Virus record (IMG/VR): IMGVR_UViG_2609460005_000001
DNA length: 4,479 bases
Direction: 5' to 3' (one strand)
DNA from: a virus
Taxonomy: Duplodnaviria > Heunggongvirae > Uroviricota > Caudoviricetes
Shown: positions 1 through 4,479 of the stretch, in pieces
How positions within the stretch are numbered: the stretch's first letter is position 1
How the letters are laid out: each line of letters begins with the position of its first letter
Made by a program: the position numbers and the translations under genes
The notes under the pieces: model-generated
What the model was told of the DNA's origin: nothing
Seen by the model: only the letters and a program-made list of their open reading frames with translations
The model's database searches: none

Positions 1-89
1 TCTGATGGAAATGGAAGCCACGCAAGCACCTTAAAATCACCATCATACACTAAATCAGTAAGTTGGCAGCATTACCTAAACACTGCACT

Positions 90-117
90 GTGTATTCATT
101 CCAACGAGTGAATACAC
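90..117 (+). other. Near-perfect inverted repeat / RNA hairpin (12-bp stem with one G-U pair, 4-nt loop CAAC), not followed by a T-tract
   Basis: Read directly: 90-GTGTATTCATTC-101 pairs with 106-GAGTGAATACAC-117 (position i pairs with 207-i; 99T/108G is the only wobble). Downstream sequence is GGAGCAATG, so there is no U-run and it is not a canonical intrinsic terminator. Confidence 0.4.
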
Positions 118-178
118 GGAGCAATGTCGCTCGTAACTAAACAGGAGCCGACTTGTTCTGATTATTGGAAATCTTCTT

Positions 179-207
179 CGCCCTCCAGTGTGAGGGCGAT
201 TTTTTAT
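179..207 (+). terminator. Rho-independent terminator hairpin upstream of ea10 (tL2a-like position)
   Basis: GC-rich 7-bp stem CGCCCTC (179-185) / GAGGGCG (192-198), 6-nt loop CAGTGT, then GATTTTTTAT (T-run 201-206). It lies about 20 nt upstream of the ea10 start. The lambda tL2 terminator cluster is described in this part of the pL operon; exact correspondence is from memory. Confidence 0.6.
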
Positions 208-225
208 CTATGAGGATATGAATAG

Positions 226-594
226 ATGTCAAACATCAAAAAATACATCATTGATTACGACTGGAAAGCATCAATAGAAATTGAAATCGACCATGACGTA
301 ATGACAGAGGAAAAACTTCACCAGATTAATAATTTCTGGTCAGACTCTGAATACCGACTCAATAAACACGGCTCTGTATTAAATGCTGTATTAATCATGC
401 TGGCGCAACATGCTCTGCTTATAGCAATTTCAAGCGACTTAAATGCATATGGTGTTGTGTGTGAGTTCGACTGGAATGATGGAAATGGTCAGGAAGGATG
501 GCCTCCAATGGATGGTAGCGAAGGAATAAGAATTACCGATATCGATACATCAGGAATATTTGATTCAGATGATATGACTATCAAAGCCGCCTGA
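226..594 (+). CDS. ea10: Ea10 (lambda early pL-operon protein, 122 aa)
   Basis: 122-aa ORF whose translation (MSNIKKYIIDYDWKASIEIEIDHDV...) I recognise as lambda Ea10; size and position immediately upstream of cIII match lambda gene order. GAGGA at 212-216 sits 9 nt before the ATG. Confidence 0.9.
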   Translation: MSNIKKYIIDYDWKASIEIEIDHDVMTEEKLHQINNFWSDSEYRLNKHGSVLNAVLIMLAQHALLIAISSDLNAYGVVCEFDWNDGNGQEGWPPMDGSEGIRITDIDTSGIFDSDDMTIKAA

Positions 595-618
595 GCGCGG
601 CGTTACCGCATACCAATA

Positions 619-645
619 ACGCTTCACTCGAGGCGTTTTTCGTTA
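619..645 (+). terminator. Candidate intrinsic terminator between ea10 and cIII (tL2b-like position)
   Basis: Stem AACGCTTC (619-626) / GAGGCGTT (631-638) with one G-U pair, loop ACTC, then TTTCGTTAT. The T-run is short and partly inside the stem, so it is weaker than the 179-207 hairpin. It ends just before the cIII Shine-Dalgarno. Confidence 0.4.
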
Positions 646-666
646 TGTATAAATAAGGAGCACACC

Positions 667-831
667 ATGCAATATGCCATTGCAGGGTGGCCTGTTGCTG
701 GCTGCCCTTCCGAATCTTTACTTGAACGAATCACCCGTAAATTACGTGACGGATGGAAACGCCTTATCGACATACTTAATCAGCCAGGAGTCCCAAAAAA
801 TGGATCAAACACTTATGGCTATCCAGACTAA
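667..831 (+). CDS. cIII: CIII (54 aa; inhibitor of FtsH-mediated CII degradation)
   Basis: Not in the ORF track because it is under the length cutoff. ATG at 667 is preceded by a strong SD TAAGGAG (654-660). Translation [54 protein letters not shown] matches lambda CIII as I recall it. Stop TAA at 829-831. Confidence 0.9.
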   Translation: MQYAIAGWPVAGCPSESLLERITRKLRDGWKRLIDILNQPGVPKNGSNTYGYPD

Positions 832-943
832 ATTCACTATCGCCACTTTTATTGGCGATGAAAAGATGTTTCGTGAGGCCGTCGACGCTTATAAAAAATG
901 GATATTAATACTGAAACTGAGATCAAGCAAAAGCATTCACTAA
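800..943 (+). CDS. kil: Kil (47 aa; host cell-division/FtsZ inhibitor)
   Basis: ATG at 800 in frame with track ORF 674..943; translation [47 protein letters not shown] matches lambda Kil as recalled. Its start overlaps the 3' end of cIII in a different frame. The upstream 674-799 extension of the track ORF is most likely non-coding in this frame. Confidence 0.85.
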   Translation: MDQTLMAIQTKFTIATFIGDEKMFREAVDAYKKWILILKLRSSKSIH

Positions 944-1314
944 CCCCCTTTCCTGTTTTCCTAATCAGCCCGGCATTTCGCGGGCGATATTTTCACAGCT
1001 ATTTCAGGAGTTCAGCCATGAACGCTTATTACATTCAGGATCGTCTTGAGGCTCAGAGCTGGACGCGTCACTACCAGCAGATCGCCCGTGAAGAGAAAGA
1101 GGCAGAACTGGCAGACGACATGGAAAAAGGCCTGCCCCAGCACCTGTTTGAATCGCTATGCATCGATCATTTGCAACGCCACGGGGTCAGCAAAAAAGCC
1201 ATTACCCGTGCGTTCGATGACGATGTTGAGTTTCAGGAGCGCATGGCAGAACACATCCGGTACATGGTTGAAACCATTGCTCACCACCAGGTTGATATTG
1301 ATTCAGAGGTATAA
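898..1314 (+). CDS. gam: Gam (RecBCD inhibitor); long form 138 aa from 898, short GamS form from the internal ATG at 1018
   Basis: Translation [55 protein letters not shown]... is recognisably lambda Gam. The internal MNAYYIQ start at 1018 has a strong SD (AGGAG about 10 nt upstream), whereas the 898 ATG has none, consistent with the known GamL/GamS forms. Confidence 0.95.
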   Translation: MDINTETEIKQKHSLTPFPVFLISPAFRGRYFHSYFRSSAMNAYYIQDRLEAQSWTRHYQQIAREEKEAELADDMEKGLPQHLFESLCIDHLQRHGVSKKAITRAFDDDVEFQERMAEHIRYMVETIAHHQVDIDSEV

Positions 1315-1319
1315 AACGG

Positions 1320-2105
1320 ATGAGTACAGCACTCGCAACGCTGGCTGGGAAGCTGGCTGAACGTGTCGGCATGGATTCTGTCGACCCACAGGAACTGATC
1401 ACCACTCTTCGCCAGACGGCATTTAAAGGTGATGCCAGCGATGCGCAGTTCATCGCATTGTTGATCGTCGCCAACCAGTACGGCCTTAATCCGTGGACGA
1501 AAGAAATTTACGCCTTCCCTGACAAGCAGAACGGCATCGTTCCGGTGGTGGGCGTTGATGGCTGGTCCCGCATCATCAATGAAAACCAGCAGTTTGATGG
1601 CATGGACTTTGAGCAGGACAATGAATCCTGCACATGCCGGATTTACCGCAAAGACCGCAATCATCCGATCTGCGTTACCGAGTGGATGGATGAATGCCGC
1701 CGCGAACCATTCAAAACCCGCGAAGGCAGAGAAATCACGGGGCCGTGGCAGTCGCATCCCAAACGGATGTTACGGCATAAAGCCATGATTCAGTGTGCCC
1801 GTCTCGCCTTCGGATTTGCTGGTATCTATGACAAGGATGAAGCCGAGCGCATTGTCGAAAATACCGCATACACTGCAGAACGTCAGCCGGAACGCGACAT
1901 CACTCCGGTTAACGATGAAACCATGCAGGAGATTAACACTCTGCTGATTGCCCTGGATAAAACATGGGATGACGACTTATTGCCGCTCTGTTCCCAGATA
2001 TTTCGCCGCGACATTCGCGCATCGTCAGAACTGACACAGGCCGAAGCAGTGAAAGCTCTTGGATTCCTGAAACAGAAAGCCACTGAGCAGAAGGTGGCAG
2101 CATGA
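1320..2105 (+). CDS. bet: Bet / Red-beta single-strand annealing recombinase (261 aa)
   Basis: 261-aa translation [44 protein letters not shown]... is lambda Bet essentially end to end. It starts 6 nt after the gam stop and its stop overlaps the exo start (ATGA at 2102-2105). Confidence 0.97.
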   Translation: MSTALATLAGKLAERVGMDSVDPQELITTLRQTAFKGDASDAQFIALLIVANQYGLNPWTKEIYAFPDKQNGIVPVVGVDGWSRIINENQQFDGMDFEQDNESCTCRIYRKDRNHPICVTEWMDECRREPFKTREGREITGPWQSHPKRMLRHKAMIQCARLAFGFAGIYDKDEAERIVENTAYTAERQPERDITPVNDETMQEINTLLIALDKTWDDDLLPLCSQIFRRDIRASSELTQAEAVKALGFLKQKATEQKVAA

Positions 2106-2782
2106 CACCGGACATTATACTGCAGCGTACCGGGATCGACGTGAGAGCTGTCGAACAGGGGGATGATGCATGGCACAAATTACGGCTCGGCGTCATCACC
2201 GCTTCAGAAGTTCACAACGTGATAGCAAAGCCCCGATCAGGAAAGAAGTGGCCTGACATGAAAATGTCCTACTTCCACACCCTGCTGGCTGAGGTTTGCA
2301 CCGGTGTGGCTCCGGAAGTTAACGCTAAAGCGCTGGCCTGGGGAAAACAGTACGAGAACGACGCCAGAACCCTGTTTGAGTTCACTTCCGGCGTAAATGT
2401 TATTGAATCCCCGATCATCTATCGCGACGAAAGTATGCGCACCGCCTGCTCTCCCGATGGTTTATGCAGTGACGGCAATGGCCTTGAGCTGAAATGCCCG
2501 TTTACCTCCCGGGATTTCATGAAGTTCCGGCTCGGTGGTTTCGAGGCCATAAAGTCGGCTTACATGGCCCAGGTGCAGTACAGCATGTGGGTGACGCGAA
2601 AAGATGCCTGGTACTTTGCCAACTATGACCCGCGTATGAAGCGTGAAGGCCTGCATTATGTCGTGGTTGAGCGGGATGAAAAGTACATGGCGAGTTTTGA
2701 CGAGATGGTGCCGGAGTTCATCGAAAAAATGGACGAGGCACTGGCTGAAATTGGTTTTGCATTTGGGGAGCAATGGCGATGA
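2102..2782 (+). CDS. exo: Exo / Red-alpha 5'-3' dsDNA exonuclease (226 aa)
   Basis: 226-aa translation [65 protein letters not shown]... is lambda exonuclease. ATGA overlap with bet indicates translational coupling. Confidence 0.97.
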   Translation: MTPDIILQRTGIDVRAVEQGDDAWHKLRLGVITASEVHNVIAKPRSGKKWPDMKMSYFHTLLAEVCTGVAPEVNAKALAWGKQYENDARTLFEFTSGVNVIESPIIYRDESMRTACSPDGLCSDGNGLELKCPFTSRDFMKFRLGGFEAIKSAYMAQVQYSMWVTRKDAWYFANYDPRMKREGLHYVVVERDEKYMASFDEMVPEFIEKMDEALAEIGFAFGEQWR

Positions 2783-2940
2783 AGCATCCTCACGATAATA
2801 TCCGGGTAGGCACGATCACTTTCGTCTACTCCGTTACAAAGCGAGGCTGGGTATTTCCCGGCCTTTCTGTTATCCGAAATCCCCTGAAAGCACAGCGGCT
2901 GGCTGAGGAGATAAATAATAAACGGGGGCTGTATGACTGA
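2779..2940 (+). CDS. orf60a-like small protein, 53 aa, apparently truncated relative to lambda orf60a
   Basis: Below the track cutoff. ATG at 2779 overlaps the exo stop (ATGA 2779-2782). Translation [53 protein letters not shown] resembles what I recall of lambda orf60a, which follows exo in the same arrangement. The stop at 2938-2940 lies inside the start of the downstream methyltransferase gene. Confidence 0.55.
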   Translation: MKHPHDNIRVGTITFVYSVTKRGWVFPGLSVIRNPLKAQRLAEEINNKRGLYD

Positions 2941-3490
2941 TTTCACCGGAAGCAATACTCCTGCCGAACATCGCGACAGCTGGCGCACACCACCAGAGAT
3001 TTTTGCTGCGCTTAATGCAGAGTTCGTTTTTCAACTTGATGCTGCCGCCAGCGAAAAAAACCGACTATGTCGGCTTTTTATCTCACAGGAGCAGAACACA
3101 TTAACCACTTCATGGCCTGAAGCAATGGGATATGCCTCTGGTTATGTCTGGTTGAATCCACCATACAGCAATATTTCCCCTTTTGTGAAAAAGGCAGCCA
3201 CTGAAAACAAATTCAGTAGTGTGGGATGTGTAATGTTATTGCCTGCTGACACATCTGTCGGATGGTTTCATGAAGCGATACAAACCGCCAGTGAGGTCAG
3301 ATTCATCACGGCAGGACGACTGGCATTTATTAACCCACTCACTGAGAAACCCGTCAGTGGAAATAATAAAGGCTCGATGCTCATTATCTGGCACCCATAC
3401 CCCCGTACACACTGCCACTTTACGACCGTTGATCGTGGAGAGTTGATGGCGTTCGGCTCAAGGATTCTTGCCCGTCGGGAGGCTGCATGA
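2933..3490 (+). CDS. Phage Dam-family DNA N6-adenine methyltransferase (185 aa), orphan with no cognate restriction enzyme in the window
   Basis: 185-aa ORF with the catalytic motif-IV tetrapeptide NPPY (in ...YVWLNPPYSNISPF...) and an N-terminal WRTPPEIFAALNAEFVFQLDAAAS segment typical of the small phage Dam family. Assignment is by motif and pattern recognition, not a search. Confidence 0.8.
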   Translation: MTDFTGSNTPAEHRDSWRTPPEIFAALNAEFVFQLDAAASEKNRLCRLFISQEQNTLTTSWPEAMGYASGYVWLNPPYSNISPFVKKAATENKFSSVGCVMLLPADTSVGWFHEAIQTASEVRFITAGRLAFINPLTEKPVSGNNKGSMLIIWHPYPRTHCHFTTVDRGELMAFGSRILARREAA

Positions 3491-3570
3491 CAACCACGGA
3501 ATGCATTTTTCTGGCAGCGGGCTTCATATTCTGTGTGCTTATGCTTGCCGACATGGGACTTGTTCAATGA
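3487..3570 (+). CDS. Candidate 27-aa hydrophobic micro-protein (MTTTECIFLAAGFIFCVLMLADMGLVQ), coupled to both neighbours
   Basis: Not in the track (too short). Its ATG at 3487-3489 overlaps the methyltransferase stop TGA at 3488-3490, and its stop TGA at 3568-3570 overlaps the ATG at 3567-3569 of the next ORF. The core IFLAAGFIFCVLML is long enough for one transmembrane helix. No independent SD was seen; support is purely structural. Confidence 0.3.
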   Translation: MTTTECIFLAAGFIFCVLMLADMGLVQ

Positions 3571-3782
3571 CACCTCAGCAGGAAAACGCCCTTCGCAGCA
3601 TTGCCCGTCAGGCTAATTCTGAAATCAAAAAAGCCAGACAGCAGTTTCCGGATAAAAACGTCGATGACATTTGCCGTAGCGTACTAAAGAAGCACCGCGA
3701 AACGGTAACGCTGATGGGATTCACACCGACTCATTTAAGCCTGGCGATCGGCATGTTAAACGGCGTCTTTAAGGAACGGTGA
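3567..3782 (+). CDS. Hypothetical protein, 71 aa from ATG 3567 (track ORF 3468..3782 begins at a TTG inside the methyltransferase gene)
   Basis: Open frame with mixed charged/helical composition: MTPQQENALRSIARQANSEIKKARQQFPDKNVDDICRSVLKKHRETVTLMGFTPTHLSLAIGMLNGVFKER. The start is ambiguous between ATG 3501 and ATG 3567; 3567 is preferred because of the ATGA coupling with the micro-ORF and because it avoids overlap with the methyltransferase. I do not recognise a family. Confidence 0.5.
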   Translation: MTPQQENALRSIARQANSEIKKARQQFPDKNVDDICRSVLKKHRETVTLMGFTPTHLSLAIGMLNGVFKER

Positions 3783-3803
3783 ACATGAAAAGCAAAATCA
3801 TCA

Positions 3804-3826
3804 GGGAGCTACAGGCTCCTTTTTTA
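3804..3826 (+). terminator. Candidate intrinsic terminator between the 71-aa ORF and the TraR-like gene
   Basis: Stem GGGAGC (3804-3809) / GCTCCT (3815-3820) with a terminal G-U pair, loop TACAG, immediately followed by TTTTTTAT (3821-3828). Short stem but a clean T-tract. Confidence 0.45.
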
Positions 3827-3880
3827 TTGTTCGCATTCATCCTCAAGCGTATTAACCAACAATTCAGGGATTAATGGAAG

Positions 3881-4099
3881 ATGGCAGACATCATTGATTC
3901 AGCATCAGAAATCGAAGAATTACAGCGCAATACAGCAATAAAAATGCGTCGTCTGAACCACCAGGCTATATCTGCCACTCATTGTTGTAAGTGTGGCGAT
4001 CCCATAGATGAACGAAGACGCCTGGCCGTTCAGGGTTGTCGGACTTGTGCAAGTTGCCAGGAGGAGATCGAACTTAAGAACAAACAATGGGGATTGTGA
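3881..4099 (+). CDS. TraR/DksA-family C4 zinc-finger protein (72 aa; phage Orf73-like RNA polymerase-binding regulator)
   Basis: Translation contains C35-x2-C38-x17-C56-x2-C59 (…THCCKCGDPIDERRRLAVQGCRTCASCQEE…), the spacing characteristic of the TraR/DksA C4 zinc finger, and the length matches TraR-like proteins of plasmids and lambdoid phages. The ATG is closely preceded by GGAAG. Confidence 0.8.
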   Translation: MADIIDSASEIEELQRNTAIKMRRLNHQAISATHCCKCGDPIDERRRLAVQGCRTCASCQEEIELKNKQWGL

Positions 4100-4146
4100 T
4101 GGCCTCAAAGCAGCAAATTTCAACATCGTCCAACTGAGGTGTAAAA

Positions 4147-4425
4147 ATGTTCAGAATCATTTTTCCTAACACCTGGTACGTCGACCACCACGGCACTCCC
4201 TGCAAAATCCTGCGTTCTACCCACAACAAAGTTCACTACATCCGAAAAGGCAGAACATGTATCGCCAGCATGTTCCGCTTTAATCATGACTTTGAACCTG
4301 TGAATAAAGCTGATGCAGATCGGATAGCAGAAGAGATCGAAACGGCAGAACACATTAAGAAGTTACGTGACATGCGTTCAAAAAGCAGAGGTAACCATGG
4401 AATCATACAGCCTCACACTCGATGA
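4147..4425 (+). CDS. Hypothetical protein, 92 aa, immediately upstream of and overlapping the excisionase start
   Basis: ORF with a good SD (GAGGTG 4134-4139, 7-nt spacer). The N-terminal half is rich in His/Cys/aromatic residues (…VDHHGTPCKILRSTHNKVHYIRKGRTCIASMF…) and the C-terminal half is acidic/basic and helical. It occupies the position held by ea-type accessory genes upstream of xis in lambdoid phages. No family recognised. Confidence 0.55.
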   Translation: MFRIIFPNTWYVDHHGTPCKILRSTHNKVHYIRKGRTCIASMFRFNHDFEPVNKADADRIAEEIETAEHIKKLRDMRSKSRGNHGIIQPHTR

Positions 4426-4479
4426 GGCCTGTCAGTTTCTTAAGATATCCAGACCAACCGCCACCAACTGGATACGAAC
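4397..4479 (+). CDS. xis: Excisionase / AlpA-family helix-turn-helix DNA-binding protein (Xis), 5' partial, continues past the window end
   Basis: ATG at 4397 opens MESYSLTLDEACQFLKISRPTATNWIR…, an N-terminus I recognise as the P22-type/AlpA-like excisionase family. The frame is still open at the window end. Its position at the distal end of the pL operon fits an xis-int module following. Confidence 0.65.
   Translation, partial: MESYSLTLDEACQFLKISRPTATNWIR

Noticed and set aside
674-799. N-terminal extension of the track ORF 674..943 (MPLQGGLLLAALPNLYLNES...)
   Set aside because: This segment overlaps cIII out of frame. The recognised Kil protein begins at the internal ATG at 800, and the extension is not part of any protein I recognise.
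1046-1360. Plus-strand alternative-frame ORF 1046..1360 (104 aa)
   Set aside because: Lies within gam in a different frame; gam is a confident identification and this frame's Arg/Ser/Thr-rich translation looks like an out-of-frame artefact.
1202-1757. Minus-strand ORFs 1202..1474 (90 aa) and 1281..1757 (158 aa)
   Set aside because: Entirely antisense to gam and bet, which are identified with very high confidence. No RBS context seen, and the low-complexity Ala/Ser/Arg-rich translations are typical of antisense frames.
1555-1788. Plus-strand alternative-frame ORF 1555..1788 (77 aa)
   Set aside because: Internal to bet in another frame; no support.
1883-2199. Minus-strand ORFs 1883..2176 and 1933..2199
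   Set aside because: Antisense to the bet/exo junction; overlapping shadow frames of well-supported genes.
2462-2988. Minus-strand ORFs 2462..2773 and 2656..2988
   Set aside because: Antisense to exo and the orf60a-like frame. All supported genes form one co-directional operon, and nothing indicates a divergent promoter.
3468-3566. TTG start at 3468 for the ORF 3468..3782
   Set aside because: Would start 23 nt inside the methyltransferase gene with no SD. ATG 3567 (coupled) or ATG 3501 are more plausible starts, so the 5' extension is treated as non-coding in this frame.
3236-3573. Minus-strand ORFs 3236..3418 and 3268..3573
   Set aside because: Antisense to the methyltransferase gene, which carries clear catalytic motifs on the + strand.
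4099-4137. 12-codon ORF (MASKQQISTSSN) overlapping the TraR-like stop via TGATG
   Set aside because: Too short, no hydrophobic or otherwise distinctive character, and no independent support. Most likely just the intergenic spacer carrying the SD for the 92-aa ORF.
3920-4353. Minus-strand ORFs 3920..4126 and 4120..4353
   Set aside because: Antisense to the TraR-like gene and the 92-aa ORF, both of which have better start contexts and fit operon polarity.
1-4479. Search for CRISPR repeats, tRNA/rRNA genes, insertion-sequence inverted repeats or transposase genes
   Set aside because: No periodic direct repeats, no tRNA-like structures and no transposase-like ORFs were seen. The window is a contiguous phage early operon.

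Overview
This window is the early-left (pL-transcribed) recombination region of a lambdoid prophage, read in the direction of pL transcription. Every supported gene is on the + strand. From 226 to 2782 it is recognisably lambda-like: ea10, cIII, kil, gam, bet (Red-beta) and exo (Red-alpha), with tight or overlapping gene junctions and intrinsic-terminator hairpins that only an antiterminated transcript would read through. A truncated orf60a-like reading frame follows exo (2779..2940). Downstream of that the content is non-lambda cargo: a phage Dam-family N6-adenine methyltransferase, a 71-aa unknown protein, a TraR/DksA-type C4 zinc-finger protein, a 92-aa unknown protein, and the 5' end of an AlpA/Xis-type excisionase running off the window. 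The least-described part is 2933..4425, which also holds two hydrophobic micro-ORFs too short for the ORF track; one of them is start/stop-coupled to both neighbours. All identifications rest on reading the translations and on recalled family knowledge; no database search was run. No rRNA, tRNA, CRISPR array or transposase was seen.
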